Below are positions 39,886 through 53,430 of a DNA stretch of 64,000 nucleotides, piece after piece; position 1 is the stretch's first letter; every line of letters starts with the position of its first letter. Source of the stretch: Carcharhinus longimanus (taxonomy: Eukaryota); contig JASCQW010000168.1 of NCBI GenBank assembly GCA_030264375.1, positions 12,622,197 through 12,686,196 on the forward strand. The letters are read 5' to 3'. The notes below the pieces were generated by a model. The model saw only the letters and a program-made list of their open reading frames with translations. It had not been told where the DNA came from and did no database searches. The translations under genes were made by a program, and so were the position numbers.

Positions 39886-42800
39886 TTCCCCCAGAAAGCA
39901 TAATACCAAATGCAGGTAAAAATATTGGCCAGAGTTGGTAGCAAGGACATCCATCTGAGGTCAATAGAATTTTTTTTTTGCACGTGAATACTGGATCCTG
40001 ATCATGTCATTGGGACCTGACTGCAACCTTACCTTGCTGATCTGACAGGGAAGCTCGAGTGGCGTTGCTGACGAAATAATAACAGTCCGCAAGATAACTC
40101 AGAGCCAATCTTGAGCTCAAACAGGAATAGGAATGCTCCTCCAGCTCAGCATGCAAAGCTTAATACACCCCTACTGAGGACTCTCCCTTCCTGTCCTCTC
40201 CTTTACCATTCCCCTCATGCCACCCACCCGCAGGACAACCCCAGCAACCAAGCCAGCAGCTGCCTGACATCCCATCACTTTCTGTCCAAAATGGATGGGA
40301 GGTGAGGATGAAGAACTAAAAAGTAGCCCAGGCTCGACCGCTGGGGCTCTAGTCGAACTTCTAACTGGCAAAGAAAATGACTCAGAGTTGAAATTGGACT
40401 TTGACCTTTGCACTCAGCTGCTGTTGTTTGCACTAAGGCACACAAAGTTAATGCTATTTCTGAACGTGGCTGACCCACTCTCCTTCCTGTCAGTTTGCCT
40501 GTTTTGCGCAAAGCTGCAGCACACACACTGCTGCAGATCTTGGTCTTGCTGCAGAGCCTGGTATGAGAATCTGCTTGCGTCATTTCATCTTGAACTGTTT
40601 TGCACGAGGACTCAAGTCATCTGATATTCACTGCAATCTCATTTAACTGCACACTTTGAATCCTAAAACAAAAGAAAATGGATTTTGCTGTCTGCGATTA
40701 AACCTGAGGCGATGGAACTTGCCACAGAAATAAATCTGAATCTTATGAGGATTTGTAAAGGTCACTTTTATGAGATCTCGTATCTCTAGTTAACATGCTG
40801 CATTCCCCAAGTTGCCGGTTTAACGTCCTGGCCCAGATGAATGCCTCTGACTTACACAGCCTGTCCTGAGCTTGTTGATGCGATTACTCACACCAGTCAG
40901 GAAGTGGGGCACTGAGACAATCAAAAACACACACGAGATGTTCACAACTTTTAACAAGCTGCTGATAACTTCATTAGCAGTCACATGACAGCCCTGTGTG
41001 ACCCCTGCAACCAACAGTGTGACCTACACTTAGCAGCTGGCCACGGCACCAGATTTATGTTGTACAGCCTGGATGGGAATTCAACCCCCCACTGAGGTCA
41101 TATGCAGAATACATACACTGTAAATTCATGGTCGACATTATATCAGTGAGTGTAATTAGCCTTGTAAATCCCAGAAAGCTGCCTTTGACAGCTACACTGA
41201 ACACTTGCAATGTTTTACGCTTGTGATCTAGGCTTAATATAAAATCATACCCTGGGCAAGCCACAAGCCTTATGGAACTACCTTTGAGCTCCATAAGCAC
41301 TTTAAAAGATGAATTATGTGAGTTTTTTCATTTCTTTCACTTTGATTCACCAACAGGGTGGAAACTTGACTGATGACCATAAATTTCAAATAATTGCCAA
41401 CAGTTGGAAACAGCTCACAGGGAGCTCTGCTGCTTTTTGGACCTTCTGCTACCATGCCCCCCTACCCCTCTGCCGGGCAAGTCAACACATGAATTAATTC
41501 ACTGCTGGCCACCATTTTATGGGTTGATGTACTGTACTTTATGGCTTCCCTTTGTTCCGGTTTCAGGAGAACACAGGATTGCCAACAATATTTGGATGTG
41601 TTCCTGGAGGTTCCACTACATAAACTCTCACCTCTAACTGCCCTATAAAAACAGGCACTATGCCATCACCCAATATTTTTATTACCAATGAACAAAGTGC
41701 TCCATGAAAATGAAAAACAAGGGCAAACAATTTATCTTTTGAAGCCACCCCCTACATTCTTTCTCGCACTCTTGCTTGCAGCAAACTCCAGGAGGCGATT
41801 AATCTTTAATTCCTGGTGACTGCAGGACAAGCTGGAGGGTTGGTAACAGTCGGTAAACACTCCCTCATTCCCCATTTACATTCATTACCACATCGTGCAG
41901 TGCAGAAACATGGAAACCAGATTACATTGGGCTTCAGGTACGTAGGACTGTTTCTACACACGCAGGCAGGATTTAATACTCTCTTCCTAGGTGGGTTTGG
42001 TGGTGAGGGATCATCAAATAGGGTGGGAGGATATCAGATGGGGGGCCCCACACCTTCCCATCTCTGGCCTGATTGAAGCGGGTTGGCAACTCTTGTGGTT
42101 GGCCTTCCCAACCTCGTGCCAACTGCACTATGCCCTAACTGGTCTTCACCCAGCAGCAGGCAGAATCTTGCCATGCAAGAAATCCAAAAAGCAAACCCTC
42201 TTGGTGTTTGCGAGCTTCCAGCGGAGGTGCAAGATGTGTCCTTCAAATTGTGGGATTTGGCATCAGGAAGGAAGGGTTGGCTGACAACCACCACCCTGCC
42301 CTCTCTTCTGACGCCACAGTCCACCCCTCCCATGTAATTTCCCACCCTCCCCCTCCCCCACTTACCATCAATCATCTAAAACCTGCATCCCTCAATGATC
42401 ATGGATCTTGGGTGGATACATTATTGGCAGCAACCATTGCCTCCCTGTCAAGGCTCCCACAATTTCAGCCTTCCAGAGGTACAGGGTTCATCCATTTTAC
42501 CACATATCTTAAAACCAGTATTAAAATTCAGATCTCTTATTGGTCTCTGGCTCTTGTTTATGCAACAATGTGTCTGAGTGGCATCAACCTCACTTCTGAA
42601 TCATGGTGTGTGACGGAGAATCCAGGCTGGCATTTCACTACAGTACTGGGACAGTGCTGCATTATCATCAGGAAAGATGGAGGAGATTCAGTGGATGTCC
42701 AGAAGAATGGCACCATGGGTTTAAATGGGTAAGTAATGAGGAGAGGATGTGGTCCACCCAGGTGTTTAAGAGCCTTAAGGGATTTGATAGGATACGGACA

Positions 42801-43127
42801 CAATAAACTACTTTCTTTATTGAGGGAGTCAGATAGGGGAGGGAGCTCACATCAGATGAAGATTATAACTGCCAGGCCTCATCTGAATCTTGCAGAAAAC
42901 AATGCAAATCAAGTTACCCGCTACCAGAAGACGGCTGTCGGCAGCTCGGCAAATTCAGGGTGCAGGGATGGAGGTGCCTATGGAGGCTTGGAATTTCTCT
43001 GAGGATTATTATTCATGAAAGGAAAGCTTTTCTTAAACTTAACTTTGTAGACTTCACCAACTTCCTGACAGGAAGGTGTGGGCAGCCAGTTAAAATTCCA
43101 TTGCCATGCAAAATGGCTTGCACTTTC

Positions 43128-43410
43128 AGTTTAAAGTTTATTTATTAGTATCACAAGTTGGCTTACATTAATACTGCAATGTAGTTACTGTGAAAATCCC
43201 CTAGTGGCCACACTCCAGCGCCTGTTCGGGTACACGGAGGGAGAATTCAGCATGGCCAATGTATCTAACCAGCACGCCTTTTGGACAGTGGGAGGAAACC
43301 CACACAGATACAGGGAGAATGTGCAGATTCCACACAGATAGTGACCCAAACCGGGACTCAAACCTGGGTCCGTGGTGGTGAGGCAGCAATGCTACTCACT
43401 GTGCTACCCC
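43128..43410 (-). mobile_element. V-SINE with the alternative tail (same subfamily as 1285-1730)
   Basis: tttattagtatcacaagttggcttacattaatactgcaat..gttactgtgaaaatcccctagt followed by the reverse V-domain and tRNA head. Confidence 0.82.
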
Positions 43411-43989
43411 CAATTTATTTATAGGACTCCTGCTAGTCGTGGCTGCATCTGTTGCTAAATGTTGTTAACAATGTAGATTGGTGCAAGCACAGCAGCAAGT
43501 AAAGCCATTCCTTTGTTGCCACTCCTTTGTTCTACTGGAGCCACTCCATTCCTGCTGATCAGGGAAGAGTTAAAATTAGCTCTAACATATGTAGAAGCTT
43601 CACTACTCGGGGCACAAAGTGCAAGTCTGACAGGAAAACGGTAAAAAAAAACTCCTGTTAAAAATAAATTTAACTTAAGGATATAATAAATATTGATGGC
43701 AGCCCAAGAACTATAATTAGTCAATTACTGCCTTCAGGATACAGGCATAACTTTAAATGTTCAATAGGACTTTCACCTTTGTCAGCTATAATGAACTCTC
43801 ATTGACCCTTTGTCAATAGTTCATCCCTGTACCTGGCAACCACAGTTCATATTTCTGTACCACACATTTCAACAAAATCATTGCACCTATCTACGTGTAA
43901 AACCAGTTTTGTTAAATTTCAAAGCATTCCATATCCAAACAATCTTTCACAGAAAGGAATTTCACCTTGCTCCAACCCCCAGTCAGAAT

Positions 43990-44312
43990 AACAACATGTA
44001 TTTATATAGCGCCTTTAATATAACAAAACATTGCAAGGCATTTCACAGGTGTGTAAGAATGCAAAGTTTCACACTAAATGACATAAGGTAATATTAGGGC
44101 AGATGTTCAAAAGCCTGGTCAAAGAGGTAAGTTTTAAGGACTGTCGTGAAGGAGGAAAGAGAAGTCGAAAGGTTGAGAGGTTTAGCGAGGGAATTCCAGA
44201 GCTTAGAGTCCAGGCAGCTAAAGGCCACCAACGATGGAGCAATTAACATTGGAATGCTGAAGAGGTCAGAACGAGAGCAGTGCAGAGAACTTGGGAGGAT
44301 TGTGAGGCTGGA
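43990..44312 (-). mobile_element. L2-like LINE 3' end
   Basis: ORF 44094..44360 AFSCLDSKLWNSLAKPLNLSTSLSSFTTVLKTYLFDQAF is the typical L2 ORF2 terminus. Confidence 0.85.
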
Positions 44313-44524
44313 TATCCTTCTCCCTATTAACACCATCAAAATCTTAATGAAAACTTCCATTAAATCTCTTGTTTTGTTTCTCTATTCCAAAATGTCAAGG
44401 CTTTATCAAAATTATGGCTTTCCATTGCTGGGACCCACCTGGGCTTCTGTACACTAGTGTCCTTCAAATAACCAGTTGCTGAAAACACACAGTGCCCGCA
44501 GACTGTGTCTTAATGATTACAAAA

Positions 44525-44635
44525 ACAAAATAGTGAAGCTGCTGAAAATGTGAAGCAGATGTGGGAAATGCTGGAGCATTCAAGCAGGTCAGGCAGCATC
44601 TGGGGAGTGAGGAAAAGAGTCAGTGTTCCAGGTCC
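44525..44635 (-). mobile_element. Penelope-like terminal fragment (second family); related pieces at ~45862-45945 (+) and ~47755-47835 (+)
   Basis: aaatgctgga..caagcaggtcaggcagcatctg and its reverse-complement relatives agatgctgcct..ctgagt..ccaacattt and ctgctaagtattttcagcattt. Confidence 0.45.
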
Positions 44636-44799
44636 ATGCTCACCAATCTCTCTGATCCTGCTGTCAGCTCAGAGCTTGCATAGGATGCAAGTTCTTCACA
44701 TTATCCTTCGCATCTCATAGTGTAGTACGTAAATTATCAAAGGCTATTCGTTCTCTGCTCCGGTTGTCTTCCTGATCAGATGGATAGTTGGTCTATTCC

Positions 44800-45520
44800 A
44801 TTGATGGTCCTCTTGTAGTTATACTGGTGCACTTCTATTTCCCTTCACAATTCCATTTTCAGTCTCTACAAAATTGCAGGTTGTGTCTTTTTCCCCAGTG
44901 CTTGGCCTTCTCGATTTTGGTCACAAGTCCAGACTGGTTGAAGTTCTGGTAAATCGTGCATTCTATGGCACTGATTATAGTTTCTGGTTTGATTTGCAGG
45001 ATAAACATCCCCCACCTCCACCCCCCACCCCACTTGCTCTCTGTTGTTTTGAGACTTGGCATAAACACGTATGGAACAACAGAAAGTTGAGTTTGTTACT
45101 GTCTTCCCATCAGAAGTTTTGACATGGAAATGAATATACCATCAGAGGTTTCCTTTGCTCATGGTGATGGTCAGACCGGCGATGCAGCTCAAAATCATTC
45201 CTTCATTATTTTGAGATCCCTAGTCATCAAATGGAATTCAGCTCTCTAACACGACACTTTCTAATGTCTCTGGTGTATTCTCTGAAGGATCTCGAGTCTA
45301 AGAACTCCAGATGTGAACAATCTCTCATCATAAATCAATAAGTCATCCACAACACTGAGATGTCTTCTTTGCTTGAAGTATTGTTTCAGGATAAGATTAT
45401 TTGGAACATATTCTGGCCATCCATTTTTGCAGTATTCCCAAATTTTAACATACTCTTCATCTGATTTTGTGCCTTTCAGATGTTATTCAGCTTCTGTGTT
45501 GTTGCTGATAGGAAGTTTGT
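44800..45520 (-). mobile_element. Decayed Ty3/Gypsy pol (integrase region) fragment, internally deleted
   Basis: Manual translation: SDEEYVKIWEYCKNGWPEYVPNNLILKQYFKQRRHLSVVDDLLIYDERL..LRLEILQRIHQ..KCR (H2C2 zinc-binding region) and downstream HDLPELQP.VW..DQNREGQ..VETENGIVKGNRSA; stops and frameshifts present. Confidence 0.75.
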
Positions 45521-45569
45521 GATCAATGGAGTATTTGACCCACTTCACCCTCAGAGGTCTCTGCAAGTC

Positions 45570-45835
45570 CTCTAGTTCTGGCCTCTTGAGCACCCCTCGA
45601 TTTTAATCGTTCTACCATTGGTGGCTATGTCTTCAGCCGACAAAACTCTTTGCTCTGGAAATTGCTCCCTGAACCTCTTTGCCTTTCTTCCTCCTTTAAA
45701 ACATTGCTTATAACCTACCTCTTTGATCAAGCATGTGGCCTTAACATCTCCTTGTGTGTTAAATTTTATTTGATCATCCTCCTATGAAAAGCCTTGGGTG
45801 TTTCACGATGTTAAAGGTACTATGTAAGCAGCTGT
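45570..45835 (+). mobile_element. L2-like LINE 3' end
   Basis: tctggcctcttgagca..accattggtggc..gctctggaaattgctccct..acctacctctttga..ttaaaggtactatgtaa. Confidence 0.7.
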
Positions 45836-48800
45836 TGTCATCTTCCCTCCCCCTCTATCCCCATGGAGACTGCCAGGTCTGCTAAGTATTTTCAGCATTT
45901 CCAGTTTTTATTTCAGACTTCCAGCATCTGCAGTATTTTGATTTTGTTTTGTTGTAGTTGCTGTTGTGTAGCATCTATCGGCACATGGGGGGCTGAACAA
46001 AAGAAAGCCAGGAGTTCAGGTACGTACATGAACAGAAATAAATTAACAATGCTTCAAAATGGGGCTGAATAATGCAGCCCTCACTGAGGCAATAAATAAT
46101 AGCCTTTACGCTACTTAATATAAGCTCTCTGACAAAATTCCATTTTTTAATTCTACAATATAACCTTTATAGGTCTAAGATGATGAACAGTGAAATTCCA
46201 CTCCAAAGGGAATTCACTGTTTAAAGGAAGACTGGTAGTGTTCTATTTTCAAGTCCAAATGGGTGCATGTTACTATTTTTATTCATGGGATGTGTAATTG
46301 TAGTGTTGAATTGCAGAAAGCAAAATAAAAGTGAAGTGCCTCATAAATCAGAACCTGTCACTTTTAACTTGATATAAAGGCTAATTAAAACCTAATTCAC
46401 TTCATTGCTTGGGCAAGTTTTAATGAAAAGTAGTAGTTGCAGCACTGGAACGCATTAGCTGGAGCCTTGCATTGTTCATGACAAGATCATGGTGCTAGCA
46501 GAACAACAAAGGGCAATGCTCATGTCTGCCCAATGTGGACATGTCTGATACACTTAACAAAACTAAAGGGGCAGTCTGTTACTAAACCTGCAACACAAGA
46601 TTCATGTGATCACCTGGCACAGCATTTTCTCAGCACAATCTCATTTTACGGGTAAAAGTGCAAAAGAAATCAGGGAAGCCTTCATTAACAATTTTAAATC
46701 CCTCTTCCTTTTCTCCTTCAATTTATTTCCTAACTCTGATTGCTATTTGGGGCAACTGGGGGGCTGTGGAGGAGAAGAGGGGGGTGCTAATTCCAGACTA
46801 GTAGTTGGTATCCCACAGAAGTTACCAATATCTATAATTGGACCTACACTGTGCACACTGGATGTCCACTCAATCTTCGACATTTGGCCTGCAGGCAACC
46901 TCTGATTGGCAGGTAAAGTGGTGATGATGGGAGGGGATTTGGAGAGCGAGCAACTTCTGATTTTTGGCAGACAGTTTTTTCTCAGGATTTTAAAGCCTGG
47001 GGGAAGGTGGGTAGAAATCCATTGGCACGAGCTTCTCAAGCTCAGGTGGTGATGTGGCTGCAAGGCGTACCTGAACGAGGGCCTTGAGACAGTTCAAAAT
47101 TTGGCCTTGGCCTGAGCTGGCAGCTACTCCACCCCACTTTCCTGAAATGGTTCTGAAACAGGATTTAGGCTTCTTATCTACATACTTAAGGAGCCTAATT
47201 TTTGTTTTAGGTCACTGTTGATAATGTTTGAAAAATCCCCTACCCAATTTTATCCAGTCCTCTGCCAGGTGTCTTTTGGGGAGAGGATATTGGTGCCCAA
47301 AATTAGGCCTTCTTGCACCTATTCTGCAGCTCAGGTGCAACAAAAGCATTGTATAAATCTGTGGTGTCCAACCTCTTGAATATCACAGTACACCTCTACA
47401 CTATAAAGGAAATTTCAGACACACCTCCTGTTTACTCTGAAACGCCCTCCAGCAAAAGACATTTTGGGAGCAATTTTCAGCCTGCGTTCGTCATCAAAGA
47501 GAACATGGTCAAAAAATGGGAAGGGAATCGGGTTTCCATGTTTTACTGTACATGTATGGATGGCAAAAATCTCATTTCCGCCATAATAATGCTGAACACT
47601 AATAGCCTCAGTTTGAGCTATTGCAAAACCTGGACCATTGACTTGGAAAAAGGTAAACAATTCAACACAAATATAAGCTGAATAAAGGGAACCTTGATTT
47701 TCTTAAAAACACAGTTCACATATTATACATATGTTCGTACAGGATTTAGTACTTCAAAAGAGTCATCAACATGTATGTTGACTTTTTCTCTCCGCAGATG
47801 CTGCCTAATTATCTGAGTTTTCCCAACATTTATTCCCCCCAGTTTCTTGTACTAATATCTTGAGTTCTATTATCTCAGGCAGAAAAATGTAGCATGAGAA
47901 AAAAGCAGTAACATAATTAAAAAAGAAAGAGGAGAAAAGCTGAAGTGCAGGACAGAATCTCAGCAAAATGCTAATCTTATATCCAGGCATTAATTAAGCA
48001 TAACTATAGATACAAGTTATTGGCATGGTTTCAATATTGTGATTTTCAGAACTGCATATGTCTTTTTTTTTACCTTTCTCTGCTTCTCTCACTTCTCCCA
48101 GGGTTTTTTGCGCCCTGTTTGAATTTTTGCATGTGTGTGTGTGGGCAGAAAGGACTTTGCCTTCAGCTCCAGGTCCCGTTGGTCATGAGTATGGGCCTGA
48201 CTAATGTAAAAAGTCTGAACCACGCATGTGCGGCTCTTTCCCAGCCAGCACATACACTGAGATCCATCAGGTCTTGGAAAAGCTGACCACAGAGCTGAAG
48301 ACGAAGGTTAATTTTAGTTTAATTAAATGAATTTTTAATCATTTTGAATCTTTTTTGTGGCACACTTGGGGATGTTCAGGATACACCAGTGTGTCGTGTG
48401 GATGCCGTGGTACATTGGTGGGAACCACTGACGTAAATGCTAACTCTTCTGTTCTTTCTTCCTTAATAAGCATTTGAAATAACATAGCAGGCAAGATAAT
48501 AAAGCCAAACATATATGTTGGTCTGAGAGAGTTAAAACAGCAGTTTTGATGGGTTGAATGGTTTTTCCTCATATTTGATATTTTTGCATATTCTAATTTG
48601 TAAAGTCTATATTGCTGCCCAGCTGGGATCAGTGAATTCAGCCCAGAATGCTGATCAAATCTGGAACTGCTAGGGCTTGCAAGGATCAGTACCAGGCAGT
48701 GCGTTCACTTACAAAACAACAGGGAAACAACTTGCTTTATAAAAGTAAAACCGCCAACTGCACAACTGAGTCATTTATTCCCAAGGACATTCATGCAGCG

Positions 48801-50982
48801 ACAGTGACAACCTCTGAAGGGATGCTTACTCAGTGAGACTAGGCTAGGAGGGGTACACATTTTGTGTGACATAAACAGGGGAGACACCACCACCACACTA
48901 ACATCCACAATCAAGTTACTTGCAGCACTGGCAGATTTTTAATTGGACCACTGCATAAAATAACAATTAAATACTCTGGCAAATGAAGACAAAAAGCACA
49001 TTTTACTAGAACTCACTGCAGGTTTCAAAGCATTTTGTTTTTCGCAACTCATGCAATTGAACAGTAAAAGAATGGTTAGCTCGGGAGAGTACAGTGAGTA
49101 ATAAATGTAAATGACAGGAATTTGGAGGTAATGCCTTTCTGAACTATTCCCTTAAGGCCGTGCTGTGAAAAAATTCCTAAATGTAGATACCAGGCTAATG
49201 TACTTCAACCTGCAATTAGAACATTACTGGAACCATTACCCACTTAAACAATAGCATCTGATGCAGTCCTTGTAGTCTCATTAGAATTTTAAGGGTTATG
49301 TGGTTTACTAGCATTGGGTTACTGCTTCAAGTTTGCAATTAGTAAATATAAACCAGCAGGGTGGTTAGCCATACCATGCCAAAGGTGTGTAAAATATTAC
49401 CATAAGAATATCTAATTTTTATTTGCAAGTAAGGGGTTTAAGTGCCATTCGCCTAGTCATTGCAGCCCTCATTTAATTAAGATTGCTGAGCCACTTAAGA
49501 AAACATCAAAGGGCCAAAAGTCATTCTAATAAGGCACCAAACACAATTACTGTAATAATGATAGACCTCTAAATCTATTCCAGAGACTTTTAAAATATAC
49601 TATATTCACATCAAATGTCTTACTAGCATGAGAGCTTTTCAATCTATTCTGGGGAAAATTAAGAACAGGCATGGAGCAACCAGTCCAGCACTAAAGACTC
49701 AGAACATTTTAAAAGTCTCAAAGGAGGTATAAAGTGCTTTTATAAATATTTCAGAAGTACAATCATTTAAACGGTGTTATTATCTATTGCTCTGTTAGCT
49801 CCCTAATACCACTACTTGAAGTTGGTGAGTGTTATTTAGCAATTGTTGCAAATCGATTTCAGTAATTTTATAAACAGCCTTAAGCAATGGTTGATTTTCT
49901 ACCTGTTGCCAAGCAACCGCTGTAATGCATAGTCATCTATATAAATCATTACATTCGGTTCGAACAAACATTGACCCACTCGTACATTTTAATTAAATCA
50001 TAATATTCTTTCCAGATTCAAAAAAGTGCGACAGAATGGGGCAGAGAACCTGTCAGAATGCACTTCAAACAATTCAATGTCTTAAGGCAAACATAAGGAT
50101 TAAAATATTTATAACAGGGTCTAAGAAGCAGTAAATAATTGCATTCTGCACCTATATGTAGATGTTACCGAGCATATATTTGCTGATTTTAAAGGTCCCA
50201 CGTCATTTCTCATTTTCACAAAGGTAGTCAGTTTCAAACCCCACATGAAAGGAAAACATATCAGCAGTTTCTAATATGTTTGTGTCCCCAGATAGTAGCG
50301 TGTAAAATATTTCCACAAGAGGTACACTACTGCACAAACAACTGTACAATCCGACAATGAATAGGATCTAAATCTTTTCCAGCAAAACGTTTTACGAGGT
50401 CAAACTGTTCTCCGCCTCATTCGATCACCAAATAACCCAGCGAGGTTGACGTGCGAGGTATTGAGGCCTTAAACACAGCCAGAGCGCCAAAGGGTGACCA
50501 GTCATAGCTTGGAAAAGATGTACGGTGTATTTCAATATTTAATCAATAATGGTGTCTTTCTGACCTAAACAGAGAAGATATGGAACCTTCCCCAAAACTC
50601 TTCGGGGAACTGCAGGACTGAAAATATCTGCACATGCCTCCACCCTCTGAACATCAATGAAATGTTTGAGGAAAACAAAAAAAAAACAAATATTACAAGA
50701 GAAACTATTGTATATATTTTAAAAAGGCATTTCTTTGTCACTTTTCTGCTCTTCTCTCTCAATCAATCACAAAAACGGCCACCCACAAACCATAAATATG
50801 AACCCTTTCAAATGCTTAAGTTTAATTATGCCCTGCCTATATTAAGCTCAACCCATTTCAAAATTCCCCATCAATCCAAAAGCTATTCCTTTCCATTGCT
50901 GTTTATCTCCGTCCTGTTTAAAACATCATAGCAGTCAGTTGCCCTTATTGTCAAACATACCAATCTGAGACTGTTTGAATTA

Positions 50983-51288
<306 letters not shown>

Positions 51289-52379
51289 TCAAGACTGCAG
51301 CTATGGGACAATACTTAACAAGTAGTCTTTTATTCTCCAACATTAAACCAATGTAACTATGTGCTGGGGAATTGGAGATGTGCACTTATCTGAAAGGGTA
51401 GATGGTGCTGATGGCAACTCTCCGGTTCATTGTTTATACTCAGTGAAGCCATTAAAAGCAAATAAGAGACAGGCTCATTGCCAGCTTTCCACATCTGAGT
51501 CATTGATGCCAAGTCAATAACTGTAAGCAATCTTTTCTAACTGGCAAACACTGGCATTCAGAATGCGTGAACTAAATGCCAGGCTGCTCATCATTGCAAC
51601 AAAATGTCAAATAGCCACTTGCGGCATCCGGATGTCCATGAAACTATGGGTGAAGAAAGTAAAGGAGCCTAAACAATGGCAGTTATTTGCAGACACCTGC
51701 TCTTGCTCGTGTACCAGCACTATGGGAGGGGCTATATTATCGGAATTGTACTTCTATTGGGAATTACAACTGTTTCGTAAGTAAATTCCCCAAATCAAGG
51801 AAAATATTCCTGTCATCATGTTTTAAATTGTATTGAATTAGCACCCATATGCATATTTTGTGACTATTGTATATTTGATTACCTGATGGATACAGGAGCA
51901 CCAATGAACACCTTGTTCTTGGTCCCGGGGACCCACTGGGATAAAGAATAAAGGGGATCTGCCTACATGATGCCTTTTAACTTCTGTCTTGGGTCCATGT
52001 TAGTCTATGAATAAATCATATACTGGTCCCACTTAGTATGCATAATCACGAATGCTTAGCGCCCTTCTGCTGGTGTTTTCCTTCTCATTGAGTGTTTTGG
52101 CATTGGAAACATTGTGCTGAATGAGCATCAACAATTTGGCCTTCAATTGCTTGATATTTCTCAAGTTTCAACTGATGTCTGAACATCATCCCATGTATAC
52201 TTGCTTTGGAGAGGTTATTAGGACTCCTTTTTGCATGGAAGGATGGGATGCATTATTCTGCAGCCAGTAGAAAAGCTGTGCAATTAGGGACCCTCACCCT
52301 CTATAGGACCAGTGATCTGGGCCTTCTGAAACAACAAGACTAATTGGTATAGTTTTCGGTCATCCTGAGCAGTCCAATC

Positions 52380-52735
52380 CTAGAATCCCGACAGTGCAGA
52401 CAGAGGCCATTTGGTTCATCGAGTCTGCACTGACTCTCTGACAGGGCATCTTGCCCAGGTCCATCTCACACCCTATCCCTGTAACCCCAAACAGTTATCC
52501 CACTAATTCCCCTAATCCACACATCTTTGGACGCTGAAGGGCAATTTAGCCTGGCCAATCCACGTAACCTGCACATCTTGGACAATGGAGGGAAACTGGA
52601 GCACCCAGAGGAAACCCACACAGACACAGGGAGAATGTGCAAACTCCACACAATAATGACCCAAGCCTGGAATTGAATTCTGGTGCCTCGCGCTGTGAGA
52701 CAATTGTGGTAAACAAAGTGCTACTGTGCTGCCCT
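52380..52735 (-). mobile_element. HE1-like SINE
   Basis: tagaatcccgacagtgcagacagaggccatt...gggcaatttagc...ggagcacccagaggaaacccaca...tgtgcaaactccacaca. Confidence 0.88.
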
Positions 52736-53184
52736 ATGCAGCAGCTGGACCAGGACATAAATAGCAGAGGTGCTCTATTGGCTACGACTTCTTTGGCAAC
52801 AATCGCCCCTGCTACAGGGTGGCTTCAGAATATCTATACATGATATACTGCAATAACTTATCAATTTTAGTTTGGCAGCAGCAATCAGTCCTATGCTATC
52901 TACCAATAGAAACATAAGAACAGAAACATTGTGATATTGTTGCTCCTTAATCACTGCTGGGTGAAAATCCTGGAGCTTATCTAACATCATGTGTTATTGT
53001 CAGCTATTGGAGGTGGAGGCAACTGTGAACTGGGAGATGTTTTACTAAACTGGCTAGGTAAAAGCGTATGATAGGAGAGCTAAAAAAATGGAACTTGTTT
53101 GAGGCATGGCAGAAAGCCAACAAAACCTGTCACAAAAGCCTAAGAACTCAAAGACAGTGGGGTCCTCGTAATAGTGTTCAAAAG

Positions 53185-53430
53185 ATAAGAAATAGAAGCA
53201 GGAGTGGGCCATTCATTAAACATGCTCTACCATTGAATAAGACTAGGACTGATCTAATTGCGGTTTCAGCACCACTTTCTTGCCTGTCCTCCATAAACCT
53301 GGACTCCCTCATCAATCAGAAATATTCAGCCTTGAATATATTCAATGACCAACCTTCTACTGCTTTCTATGGAAGAGAAGACTAACAATCTTCCAAGAGA
53401 AATTCCTTTTCATCTCCATTTTAAATGAGC
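53185..53430 (-). mobile_element. CR1-like 3' UTR fragment
   Basis: taagaaatagaagcaggagtgggccattc..ccttgaatatattcaatgac, homologous to 1920-2150 and 56875-57100. Confidence 0.6.

Noticed and set aside
42034-42806. Cluster of ORFs up to 174 aa
   Set aside because: No recognisable domain or splice structure; overlaps decayed GC-rich repeat sequence.
46186-46221. Small hairpin aacagtgaaattcc/ggaattcactgtt
   Set aside because: A 13-bp stem is too short for a pre-miRNA and plausible by chance.
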